Source: Nitrospirales bacterium (GTDB taxonomy: Bacteria > Nitrospirota > Nitrospiria > Nitrospirales > UBA8639). From it: 64,000 bases of DNA. Below the pieces are notes generated by a model that saw only the letters and a list, made by a program, of their open reading frames with translations, was not told the DNA's origin and did no database searches. The DNA is taken from the NCBI GenBank assembly GCA_965223315.1, contig CBDCWD010000004.1, forward strand, positions 875,759 through 939,758, written 5' to 3'. Positions 26,413 to 35,665 of the stretch are shown here, piece by piece. The position numbers and the translations under genes are program-made. Numbering within the stretch: position 1 is the first letter of the stretch; each line of letters starts with the position of its first letter.

Positions 26413-27918
26413 ATGAGCATATTCACTGATCATATTATTAGTTGGATGATTGCGGTTCCCTTTTTAGGAATCGTTGCCCTTGCATTTCTCCGCGATGAAG
26501 AATGGATTCGCCGAATGGCTTTCGCCACAACGATGGCGGAGTTTCTGCTCTCGCTGATCTTGTGGAGGAACTTCGATTTCACTCAACAGGGTATGCAATT
26601 CGTTGAGCGTATGGAATGGATGCCTACCTTCAATATTCAGTATGCCGTTGGTGTAGATGGGATCAGCATCCTGTTAGTCATCCTCACCGCTCTTCTGTGT
26701 CCACTTTGCGTTCTGTGTTCGTGGAGTGCCATTACCACGCGGGTGCGAGCCTATTTGTCGTTGATTTTACTGGTGGAAGGCGCGATGATCGTCGTGTTTA
26801 CAGCCTTAGATCTTTTCCTGTTTTTCATGTTGTGGGAACTCACCATGATTCCCATGTATTTCATGATCATTCTTTGGGGAGGGCCCAATCGCATCACGGC
26901 GGGAATTAAATTTGTCTTGTACAGCTTGACAGGCAGTTTATTGTTGCTCGTGGGAATTCTTGGCCTCTACTTGGAAGGCGGACATACCTACGATCTGTTG
27001 GTTCTCAGCGAACAAACCTATTCCTCGAAGACACAATTCTGGCTATTCCTGGCGCTCTTTTTGGCGTTTGCCATCAAAATGCCCATGGTGCCTTTTCACA
27101 CCTGGTTGCCAGACGCACATTCCGAGGCCCCGACTGCTGGCAGCGTGATTTTAGCGGGAGTGCTACTAAAAATGGGGGGCTATGGATTCTTGCGCTTTTG
27201 CTTGCCGATGTTTCCCGAAGCCTCAGCCAAGTTTGCTCCGTATATATTATGGCTTTCGGTTATCGCCATTGTCTATGGCGGCTACATGGCGTTAGCGCAG
27301 ATTGACCTCAAAAAACTTGTGGCATACTCGTCGGTTTCACATATGGGATTTGTCACCCTTGGGATTTTTGTCTTTAACAGTCAGGGCATCCAAGGGGCCA
27401 TCTTGCAAATGTTCAATCACGGCATTACAACCGCCGCGCTCTTTATTTCAGTTGGTCAGCTGTACGACCGCACCCATAGCCGGGTTATCAGTGACTATGG
27501 CGGCTTGCATAAACCCATGCCGAAATTTGTGGCGTTTTTTTTCTTGTTCTCAGTTGCGGCATTTGGCCTGCCAGGCACCTGTAATTTCATTGGCGAGTTT
27601 TTGGTGCTGGTCGGGACGTCCTATGTGAATTTCGCCATGGTCCTGATTTCCATGGGAGGTATTGTCTTAGCGGCGGCCTATATGCTGTGGATGCTGCAAC
27701 GGTTGGCGTTGGGTGAGCCTTCCACGAAGGTGGCGGCAGTCCTTCCTGATCTCACCACTCGCGAGTTGGCCTCGGTGATTCCTTTGGCCATTGTTGTCCT
27801 GTGGATCGGGTTATATCCTGGCCCTCTTATGGAAATGATGGATGCAAGCGTGACGCACCTCGTTCAGCAGGTCGCTGCATACACATCCCCTCTTCCTGAA
27901 AACACGGTCCTGCGTTAA
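26413..27918 (+). CDS. NuoM-type antiporter-like subunit
   Basis: VGVDGIS, WELTMIPMY, KMPMVPFHTWLPDAH, LLKMGGYG, QMFNHG and NFIGEF are canonical NuoM motifs. Start set to ATG 26413. Confidence 0.92.
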   Translation: MSIFTDHIISWMIAVPFLGIVALAFLRDEEWIRRMAFATTMAEFLLSLILWRNFDFTQQGMQFVERMEWMPTFNIQYAVGVDGISILLVILTALLCPLCVLCSWSAITTRVRAYLSLILLVEGAMIVVFTALDLFLFFMLWELTMIPMYFMIILWGGPNRITAGIKFVLYSLTGSLLLLVGILGLYLEGGHTYDLLVLSEQTYSSKTQFWLFLALFLAFAIKMPMVPFHTWLPDAHSEAPTAGSVILAGVLLKMGGYGFLRFCLPMFPEASAKFAPYILWLSVIAIVYGGYMALAQIDLKKLVAYSSVSHMGFVTLGIFVFNSQGIQGAILQMFNHGITTAALFISVGQLYDRTHSRVISDYGGLHKPMPKFVAFFFLFSVAAFGLPGTCNFIGEFLVLVGTSYVNFAMVLISMGGIVLAAAYMLWMLQRLALGEPSTKVAAVLPDLTTRELASVIPLAIVVLWIGLYPGPLMEMMDASVTHLVQQVAAYTSPLPENTVLR

Positions 27919-27967
27919 ATAAAAGTCTTAGTTGAAAATTAAAAGACTAGAACTGGTGAGAGGCTAT

Positions 27968-29389
27968 CTAGGATTGTTTGTCCTGGTTACGTAGCAGCGT
28001 CTCGTAATTGTGTTGATAGAGTCGGGCGGTGGGATGGTCAACGCCAAACGTTTCGGTAATGATTGGAATGGCGCGTTCATACAATGTGATGGCTTCTTGA
28101 GTGTGTCCTTGAAGTTCGAGGACAGACGCGAGGTTGTTGAGTGTTGAAGCCACTTTAGGATGGTGAAGCCCGAGGGATTTCTCTCTGATGTCTAAAGCTT
28201 GTTCGTACAGGTGCCTGGCTTTAGCGAGGTGCCCCTGTTGTTGTCGCAAGCCCGCATAGTTAGTCAAGATAGTTGCCACTTGCAAATGGTCCGTCCCAAG
28301 ACTTTCACGAGCACGTGATAGCGCCTCGAGATAAAGAGACTCAGCCTTTGAGAACTGGTCCTGGCTTTGATGAAGTTCTGCCATATTGTTTAAAATTGTG
28401 ACATGTTGATCAAGATGGGGGGCTGGAGATCGATGTAATAGGATTAACGCTTCTTCATAGTGGTGATGCGCCAGAGAATATTGTTGCTGTTCTTGGTACA
28501 GGCTACCCAAGTTCTGTTGAAGCGTGATCATGGAAGAAAAATCCGAAAATGGAAGATTGTCGACCATGTGTAAGGCTTGCTTATACAGCGATTCGGCAAC
28601 CGTATATTCCTGTTGTATGTGATGGAGCCGTGCTGAATTGTTTAACACTCTGATAAGTTGAGGCGCCGCTCCTGAGGCTTTTTTGAGATACCCAATGGCT
28701 TGCCCGTACTGCCGTTGGGCTTCAACGTAGCGCCCCTGTGCTTGAAGCACTTCTCCTAATGTATTAATCGTAGCGCCTAAGGTACTGTAAGGAGGGTGCT
28801 GGTGTTGCTCCAGCAACACTAAGGCCCGACGGATATAGATTTCAGACTTAGAAAATTGTTCTTGTTTCCAATAAAGTTCTCCAAGGTTCGTAATCGTTGA
28901 AGCCATGAGAAGAGAATTGGGGGGCTTTTGTTGTTCCAGGATCTCTAACGCCCGTTTCAGAAGTTGTTTAGCTTCGTCCAAATTTCCTTGTGTTCGGTAA
29001 ATAATGGCGAGATTGTTCAGGCTCGTTGCAAGTTCAGGATGGGACGCCCTGCGTGTGTGTTCCAACAATTGAATGGTTTTGCGATAGTGTGTCTCAGCCG
29101 AGTCCAAGAGTCCCAGGGCATACTGTGTTCTGGCGATGTGATAGTGGCTATTGGCTAAACGGATGTTGTCTGTCTTAAGTTCATGAGCCGCGTCTTTGGC
29201 TTTTGTAAAATGTGTAAGGGCATCGGTAAATTGTCTTCGGTCGTAGGCCTTTGTGCCCTCGTCTATGGACATCTCCCATAAATCAACATTGTGGGAACAG
29301 CCGATGAGGATGACCGAGAGAAGCACCAGGCGTAAGTTGAAAATTCCCAGAATTGAATGTCTCGATATTGAGTGTGAAAAAATAGTCAT
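27968..29389 (-). CDS. TPR-repeat putative lipoprotein (kinesin-light-chain-type 42-aa repeats)
   Basis: Lipobox-like LIGC; repeated HP..A..LNNLA units. Confidence 0.85.
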   Translation of the reverse strand: MTIFSHSISRHSILGIFNLRLVLLSVILIGCSHNVDLWEMSIDEGTKAYDRRQFTDALTHFTKAKDAAHELKTDNIRLANSHYHIARTQYALGLLDSAETHYRKTIQLLEHTRRASHPELATSLNNLAIIYRTQGNLDEAKQLLKRALEILEQQKPPNSLLMASTITNLGELYWKQEQFSKSEIYIRRALVLLEQHQHPPYSTLGATINTLGEVLQAQGRYVEAQRQYGQAIGYLKKASGAAPQLIRVLNNSARLHHIQQEYTVAESLYKQALHMVDNLPFSDFSSMITLQQNLGSLYQEQQQYSLAHHHYEEALILLHRSPAPHLDQHVTILNNMAELHQSQDQFSKAESLYLEALSRARESLGTDHLQVATILTNYAGLRQQQGHLAKARHLYEQALDIREKSLGLHHPKVASTLNNLASVLELQGHTQEAITLYERAIPIITETFGVDHPTARLYQHNYETLLRNQDKQS

Positions 29390-29537
29390 GATGCCCGTAA
29401 TGGTGGATCGAAGAGGGCTGGCGAGTCAACCCTCCATGTGATGGTCCTCGTAGAGGACGACATTAATGGACGATACTCGTGTTTATGTGACAATGCGTTC
29501 AATTATCCAGCAACCCTTGCTTTTTCGTGGTATTGTC

Positions 29538-29565
29538 TCAAGAACTCTTTTTGAACCGCCGAAAA
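29538..29565 (+). promoter_or_regulatory. Sigma28 (FliA)-type promoter candidate
   Basis: TCAAG-N15-GCCGAAAA upstream of the lipoprotein and MotB-like genes. Confidence 0.6.
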
Positions 29566-29651
29566 GAGACTCGAACAGGTCTCATCAAATTGCTGACTAC
29601 AGAGATTGATACAGCATCTTTGGCGTAAATACGTATCGTGTCGGAGGTGAA

Positions 29652-29933
29652 ATGCCCGAAAGCAATCCTATGAAGAACCGTCAACACCGGCAGAATTGTG
29701 TGTTCGTTCTTGTTATGTGTGCCATCGTCAGTTGTGGATGTAGCCAAGTTGTGACTGTCTATTGGTCAAAACCTGGAGCAGGTAATGCTGAATTACAACG
29801 GGATAAAGATGAGTGCCAGTCCTTACAACGGGCTGTTGGACTCGCTGAAAGCCGAATAGAAAAATGTCTTGTCGCAAAGGGATGGGAAAAAGTCCGGCAA
29901 GAGGAAGGACCTACGGGTTCCGATTCTGAATGA
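29652..29933 (+). CDS. Small hypothetical lipoprotein
   Basis: GGAGG RBS, hydrophobic signal ending SCGC, paired Cys (ECQ, KCL). Confidence 0.7.
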   Translation: MPESNPMKNRQHRQNCVFVLVMCAIVSCGCSQVVTVYWSKPGAGNAELQRDKDECQSLQRAVGLAESRIEKCLVAKGWEKVRQEEGPTGSDSE

Positions 29934-29994
29934 ATAAGGGATTAAGAAAAAGCATGAGAGGTCTGTGGTCAGATTCATGTAGAGGAGTCACGTT

Positions 29995-31143
29995 ATGAAC
30001 ACGACGAAATGTATAGGTGCCCTGGTCCTTATTGTATGGATGTTTGGGGGGTGTGTGAGCCAACAGGCTCATGAACGGGCTATGGAAGAATTGGAAATGG
30101 CCAGCCAAAGTTCGGCTCAAGAAGTAGAGCGGTTGCAACGTATTGTGGAAGAACAGCAGTCCCAAGTCGTTCAACTGGAGGAGAATACGCAAGAGCTGAA
30201 GCGGGAGGTAGAAACGAAAGAGCAAGCCGTGGTCCAACTCCAGGAAGAAAATGTGGATTTAGTGGATGCTGTCAAAGTTCAAGAACAAGAAAAAGAACAG
30301 CAACTGGAAGCGGTGAAAGCCGAGTTGGAGAAACTCTATTCCGAGATTGCAGGCCTGCAATCGTTGACGGGGGTTGGTTCACTTTCCCGAGAGAGTCTGG
30401 AAGGGAGTGACCTGAATGATTTGGGTGGCATGGCTAGAGCCTTTCAGCAGGTTCGGGATAGCCTGAAGTCGCAAATTGACCATTTTTCTCAATTACAAAA
30501 GGACAATCAAGCCTTAGAGCAAAACCTTGTACAGCTAGAAGAACGTCTGAAAAATGTTGAGCGGCTGAAAAAGGAATTGGAAGAAGTGCGGGCAGCTCGT
30601 GCGGCGCAAGAGTCTCAATTGGCTCAAGTCAAACAAGAAGTCAATACTGTGAGCCGAGAAATTGATCGCATTACGCAAGCCTTAGAAGAAAAATTTGGGA
30701 AGAGTTTGGTCGTGACCCAACATCAGGATCGATTGGTCCTCACGATGCTAGGCCAAATCTTGTTTGCGTCGGGGGAAGCGCAACTCACCCCTCTGGGATT
30801 AGATATTATGAAACAGGTCGGGGAAGTTTTGGCCACCTTGCCAAATAAAAATATTCAAGTCGAAGGTCATACCGATAGCAACCCTATTTATGGACGACTC
30901 CAACAAAAATTTCCGACGAATTGGGAACTATCAACGGCTCGAGCGACGACCGTGCTTCGGTATTTGATTGAGCAAACCGGAATGGATCCTAAAGATTTTG
31001 CGGCGACTGGTTATGCTGATACACGGCCAGTGGTGGCGAACGACTCTGAAGAGGGGCGGGCTCAAAATCGACGTGTCGAAATTGTGCTATATCCAGAGAA
31101 AATTGTTGAAGAAAATAAAAAAATGGCAACGGTTGCCCAATAA
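29995..31143 (+). CDS. OmpA/MotB-domain lipoprotein with a long coiled coil
   Basis: FGGC lipobox, long heptad region, then VEGHTD, NWELSTARA, GYADTRP and NRRVEI peptidoglycan-binding motifs. Confidence 0.9.
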   Translation: MNTTKCIGALVLIVWMFGGCVSQQAHERAMEELEMASQSSAQEVERLQRIVEEQQSQVVQLEENTQELKREVETKEQAVVQLQEENVDLVDAVKVQEQEKEQQLEAVKAELEKLYSEIAGLQSLTGVGSLSRESLEGSDLNDLGGMARAFQQVRDSLKSQIDHFSQLQKDNQALEQNLVQLEERLKNVERLKKELEEVRAARAAQESQLAQVKQEVNTVSREIDRITQALEEKFGKSLVVTQHQDRLVLTMLGQILFASGEAQLTPLGLDIMKQVGEVLATLPNKNIQVEGHTDSNPIYGRLQQKFPTNWELSTARATTVLRYLIEQTGMDPKDFAATGYADTRPVVANDSEEGRAQNRRVEIVLYPEKIVEENKKMATVAQ

Positions 31144-31221
31144 CAGTGGCGGTTTCTGACGAAGTTTGCCCCTTGATATTTTCACTATTCAACACTCATA
31201 TAGTGCTAAATGCGCTTTTCA

Positions 31222-31255
31222 CCCTCACCCCAACCCTCTTCCTCAAAGGAGAGGG
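31222..31255. repeat. REP-like palindrome (CCCTCACCCCAACCCTCT...GGAGAGGG type), possible bidirectional terminator
   Basis: Lies between convergent genes; CCCTCT pairs with the downstream GGAGAGGG arm. Confidence 0.55.
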
Positions 31256-31302
31256 CGTTCTGAAATGTCTTAACTGAAAGTTAAAATACTCTATCAATTT
31301 AT

Positions 31303-32898
31303 TTAATGATGGGTTGAAACTCCCGTATCGCTGCTTGGCAGTGGATGATGCTCAATGAGGTTTATCTCATACAGGGCCGTGGTCGCCGGCCCTAAAAACA
31401 CATAGGCAGCCAGCAAACCCACCAGCGTCATGGTGATCGTGTAGGGCAGCGCCATCCACACCATTTTCCCGTAGGACAACCGAATGATGGGGGCTAAGGA
31501 TGAGGTCAAGAGGAACAAAAAGGCCGCCTGCCCGTTTGGCGTGGCCACACTGGGAATATTGGTTCCTGTATTAATGGCTACGGCCAGTAAGTCAAATTGA
31601 TCCCGCGTAATCGTGCCTGCCTGCAATGCTCGAAAGACTTCATTGATATACACTGTGGCGACGAACACATTGTCGCTAATCGATGACAAAATTCCATTGG
31701 CCAGATAAAACATCCCGATCTGATGCGTGCCGTCTAGGCTTAAACCATAGCCAATAATGCCTGCAAATAAATTCTGTTCCTGAATGACCGCCACAATCGC
31801 AAAAAAGACTACTAACAATGCGGTAAAGGGGAGGGCTTCAGTAAAAGCTTCGCCCAGTTGATGCTCCTCAATGATCCCATTCAGGGCCGTAATCAGGATG
31901 ATGACCGTGAGGCCAATGATGCCTACCTCAGCCAGATGGAAGGCCAAGGCGATAATGAGCCACACGCCGGCCAGTGCCTGCACGATGAGTTTGGCCTTAT
32001 CATCGTTATCTCTGCGCGCGGCTTGTTCCCGTTCATAGTCTACTAAAATATGCCGTACTGGCTCGGGGATTTCATAGCCATAGTCAAACCACTTTAGCCT
32101 CTCGACCACCAGGCACGTCGCTAAGCCCATCAGAAAGACCGGTAACGTAATCGGGGCCATGCGAAAGACAAACTCCATGAATTGCCATCCCGCCCGGTCC
32201 GCAATTAATAGATTCTGAGGTTCTCCGACCAACGTACAGACTCCACCCAAAGCTGTGCCGACCGCCCCATGCATCATGAGATTTCTCAGAAAGCCTCGAA
32301 AATTCTCTAAGTCAGTCCGGTTGAGCTCTTGGACGTCCTGATCACTGGTGTGGTCATGTGAGCTGGTGTAGGATTTTCCGGAGGCGACCCGGTGGTAGAT
32401 GCTGTAGAACCCTGTAGCCACGGCAATGATCACGGCGGTGACCGTTAGGGCATCCAAAAAAGCGGAAAGGAAGGCTCCCATCAGTGAAAACAGCAGCGCG
32501 AGCCATTGTTTAGAGCGGACACCCAGGAGGATCTTGGTGAAAAGAAACAAGAGAAGGTCTTTCATGAAATAGATGCCCGCGACCATGAACATCAACAAAA
32601 GGATGACCTGGAAATTATTCACCGTCTCATGGTACACCATGGCGGGGGTCGTCATACCCAGCAGGACGGCTTCCATGGCCAAAAGACCGCCTGGTTGGAG
32701 CGGATAACTCTTCAGAGCCATGGCGAGGGTAAAGATAAACTCCAGGATCAGCACCCAGCCTGTCACAAAGGGGCCAGCCAAAATGAGCAGGATAGGATTG
32801 ACCAGTAAAAATCCTACCACCGTCAGCTTGTACCAGGTGGGAGTGTGATTCAGAAAGTTCTGTGTCAGTTCCTGGGCAATGCTACGACTTTTCGGCAT
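31303..32898 (-). CDS. nhaB: NhaB Na+/H+ antiporter
   Basis: [44 protein letters not shown] and [24 protein letters not shown] motifs. Confidence 0.95.
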   Translation of the reverse strand: MPKSRSIAQELTQNFLNHTPTWYKLTVVGFLLVNPILLILAGPFVTGWVLILEFIFTLAMALKSYPLQPGGLLAMEAVLLGMTTPAMVYHETVNNFQVILLLMFMVAGIYFMKDLLLFLFTKILLGVRSKQWLALLFSLMGAFLSAFLDALTVTAVIIAVATGFYSIYHRVASGKSYTSSHDHTSDQDVQELNRTDLENFRGFLRNLMMHGAVGTALGGVCTLVGEPQNLLIADRAGWQFMEFVFRMAPITLPVFLMGLATCLVVERLKWFDYGYEIPEPVRHILVDYEREQAARRDNDDKAKLIVQALAGVWLIIALAFHLAEVGIIGLTVIILITALNGIIEEHQLGEAFTEALPFTALLVVFFAIVAVIQEQNLFAGIIGYGLSLDGTHQIGMFYLANGILSSISDNVFVATVYINEVFRALQAGTITRDQFDLLAVAINTGTNIPSVATPNGQAAFLFLLTSSLAPIIRLSYGKMVWMALPYTITMTLVGLLAAYVFLGPATTALYEINLIEHHPLPSSDTGVSTHH

Positions 32899-33043
32899 GA
32901 GCGCCCTTTCTTGGATGGAGTGTGGCTGTTATTAATGAAAACGAGAATGTAAAGTTGAGAGGCTCTTGTCAGAAGCACGAACAACACATCCGGGGACTGT
33001 GTTCGATGGAAGCGTAGGTATTATATGAAGCTGTTCTTATGGA

Positions 33044-33466
33044 ATGAAAGTAAAAAAGACACAAAATTCGAAAAAATCGCTCGAGAATTCTAAAAGTACA
33101 ATGAGCTCAAAGCCTATACCAAATAGCGTCTATCAAATTGCCGGGCTAGATGAGCGGGACAGGGGATTTAATCGGCAGTGTCAGATCATTGTTGAAGACG
33201 AGGCCTGTATCGCTCGACTTCGGTATGAAACGTTGCAAATTGAAAGTAAAGCCGTTCCCTCAGAAGAAGAAGCCCTGGATTCCCTTATTCATGCGTTACA
33301 GGATCGTGGCTATCGGCAAATGCGCTCCCAACGAATTTTTCAGGGCGCAAAGTATTTAGGTAATCAAGAGTTGTGGGTAGACTATCCGGACCCTGAATTG
33401 TCTGAGTCGCAGCCAGTTTCCTGGTGTATGCGAGTACGGCATTTCTTGGGACTAGGGAACACGTGA
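33044..33466 (+). CDS. Hypothetical protein
   Basis: 140-aa ORF in a gap between genes; start may be ATG 33101. Confidence 0.65.
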   Translation: MKVKKTQNSKKSLENSKSTMSSKPIPNSVYQIAGLDERDRGFNRQCQIIVEDEACIARLRYETLQIESKAVPSEEEALDSLIHALQDRGYRQMRSQRIFQGAKYLGNQELWVDYPDPELSESQPVSWCMRVRHFLGLGNT

Positions 33467-33489
33467 AAAGGCGGGGAGTTGCAGGCCCC

Positions 33490-34827
33490 TTATGTGCTAC
33501 AGGATTCAGGAACCGGCGTCTGCGATGGGAAGTAGCTAATGATACGCCGGGGGTTCAAGCATTCTCGAATATGGGGAGCGAGGTCGCCTGGCCGGATCGC
33601 ATCCACTATCGTGAGTGAATGGTCTTCCTCTGCTAAGTTGAGCACAATGGGTTCCTTGGTGGAGGATTGTTCATCATAGACGAGGAGGATGGGCCGGAGC
33701 CGGTTGTCGAAGTTCACGCTCGTCACAATCCCAGTTTTTTGGTTGCTCAAGTTCACCAGGGACCCTGGAGGATAGACGCCTAATTGTTTGATCAAGGAGA
33801 CGATGGCCTCTTGCCAGAGTGTGTGGCGGCATTTCACATATAGATATGAGAGGGCTTCTGAAGGAATAAGAGAACGAGCGGGATCTTGGTGGTGACAGAG
33901 TTCATCATAGAGATCCACCACCATGACAATCTTGGCGAAGGGACCAATTTGCTCTTCTTTTTTCCCAAAAGGCTGGCCTGTTCCATTTAAGCGCTCATGG
34001 TGTTGTTGAATGACCTCAATGGCTTCATAAGGAAAATTGGGTATTTTCTCGGAAATTTCGACACCGTAGTTCACATGTGTGGCTAAAAAAGTGTTGTATT
34101 CACCTGGCCCCATGGTGCCTTTGCGTAACAGGGTTTCGACAGGGTATTTGAGTTCTCCCACGTCATGAAAAAATGCGCCTAAGGCCAACTTTTCACTCTC
34201 CTCCCGACTAAAGCCAAGATCAAGGCCGACCATAAGAGACAATGAAGAGACATTCGAAGCATGGAGGAAAAATTCGTCGCTGGGTTCATTGGAGCCCATC
34301 AGATTGAGTAGGGCTCTCAAATTATCAGGTCCGTCTAATAAGTTGAGAAGATTATCAACGATCTGTTTTGCTGTTCGGAGCCCGCGAGGCCGCCCGGCCA
34401 CGACGTCTTGTACGGCCTGTTTAGAATGCTGTAAAACCTCTTGAAACTGCGTTTCCACTTTCTGCAGGTGCTCTTGATAGACTTGAAACGCTTCATGCTG
34501 AGACACTTTCCGTTGCAGTGAGTCTTCAGTCAGGGTATCGGCTGCCGAGGGTGAGGAGGTGTCGATCTCGAGTTCAATATCTGCGTTGTCATTCGTGATG
34601 GTTTCCGACGATTCGAACGTTTCTGAATCCTGAGAATCTGGTGCGGGGTCTGAACGTTGGATATCAACAAACAACTTGACCTTTTTTAATCCTTTGAGTG
34701 TTTGAAGGTCTTTCGCTGTTTTGATTTTAAAGGAATTGGTCGAAAAGGGATGACTAAACCAAGATCCTTGAATCTTGATAAATAAACCGAGGCGAAGCGC
34801 AGAGGGCTCTAATGGAGTAAATGCCAT
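33490..34827 (-). CDS. DUF3391 plus HD-GYP domain protein (c-di-GMP phosphodiesterase family, variant motif)
   Basis: N-terminal L..G.FI...W.SHPF (DUF3391), FHDVG, HHERLNGTGQP and LGVYPPGSLV motifs. Confidence 0.88.
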   Translation of the reverse strand: MAFTPLEPSALRLGLFIKIQGSWFSHPFSTNSFKIKTAKDLQTLKGLKKVKLFVDIQRSDPAPDSQDSETFESSETITNDNADIELEIDTSSPSAADTLTEDSLQRKVSQHEAFQVYQEHLQKVETQFQEVLQHSKQAVQDVVAGRPRGLRTAKQIVDNLLNLLDGPDNLRALLNLMGSNEPSDEFFLHASNVSSLSLMVGLDLGFSREESEKLALGAFFHDVGELKYPVETLLRKGTMGPGEYNTFLATHVNYGVEISEKIPNFPYEAIEVIQQHHERLNGTGQPFGKKEEQIGPFAKIVMVVDLYDELCHHQDPARSLIPSEALSYLYVKCRHTLWQEAIVSLIKQLGVYPPGSLVNLSNQKTGIVTSVNFDNRLRPILLVYDEQSSTKEPIVLNLAEEDHSLTIVDAIRPGDLAPHIRECLNPRRIISYFPSQTPVPESCST

Positions 34828-34909
34828 CGTGATGCAACCAATTCAGAAAACTCTCAATAGAGGTTGACGGTAAAACCGTAGATATTTCTACACACTACAC
34901 AGTGTAGTC

Positions 34910-34937
34910 TTTTCGGAAAACAGCATTGGAAAATTAA
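34910..34937 (-). promoter_or_regulatory. Sigma28-type promoter candidate for the HD-GYP gene
   Basis: Minus strand TTAAT-N15-TCCGAAAA, 82 bp before the ATG. Confidence 0.45.
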
Positions 34938-34950
34938 GAGTAGGGGGTTG

Positions 34951-35117
34951 CCCCTTCGACAGGCTCATTGTGATCCTTCGATAGGCTCAGGATGATACAT
35001 CGAACGACTCAGGATGATAAATCATACGGTTCGGGATGAGTGATACCGATCATGGTGAGCCCGTCGAACCATCCTTCGATAGATTCATTGTGAGCAAGCC
35101 GAACAACTCAGGGCAGG
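34951..35117. repeat. REP-type repeat cluster, inverted copy of the MITE interior
   Basis: 35000-35093 is the reverse complement of 13690-13783 at 91/94 identity; several CTTCGAC(A/T)GGCTCA units. Confidence 0.85.
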
Positions 35118-35169
35118 CTTTCGTGATCCAACTGCGGTCTAGGTTGATAGGGCTTAGAGAAACTGGTGC

Positions 35170-35529
35170 CTAGGTTTCCACTGGCACCGAAGTGAGAGGT
35201 GCTTGGGTCGCCTGAGCCATAGAGCCATAGATTGGAATCAGTTTGTCCATATTGGTAAGTAAGAGAACATCCAAGGTTGTTCCCGGTGTACTGACGATGA
35301 TCATCTGAACTCCCATGGGAGTCAACTTTTTATGGGTAAGGGCCAGGAGGCCCAAGCCGGCACTATCGATGTGAGAAACCTGACTGACATCCAAAATGAT
35401 TTTTCGTGGTGTGGATTTTTCAGCTTGTGCCGTCGATCTCTGGAAATCATGGCGTGCTTGAAAGTCAAATCGTCCTGAAAGCTCCAAAAGCCATGTCTGT
35501 GAATCCATCTGTGTGGTGTTGATGATCAT
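35170..35529 (-). CDS. STAS-domain anti-sigma-factor antagonist
   Basis: LSGRFD and IILDVSQVSHIDSAGLG (phosphorylatable Ser intact). Confidence 0.9.
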   Translation of the reverse strand: MIINTTQMDSQTWLLELSGRFDFQARHDFQRSTAQAEKSTPRKIILDVSQVSHIDSAGLGLLALTHKKLTPMGVQMIIVSTPGTTLDVLLLTNMDKLIPIYGSMAQATQAPLTSVPVET

Positions 35530-35665
35530 GTGTTCATTTCCACATTCTACTCCTCAGCTGATGTTTCCCACAGCACGTTTGAACCTATAGCTGTTCCAAT
35601 GAATTTGCGAATGATGATGTCTCTCAAGGAAATGCCCATCAATGGCTTGTACAGCTTTTTTGCGC

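Noticed and set aside
20375-27918. Respiratory complex I (nuo) operon
   Set aside because: No NuoA-J or hydrophilic redox subunits; the small subunits are Mrp-type.
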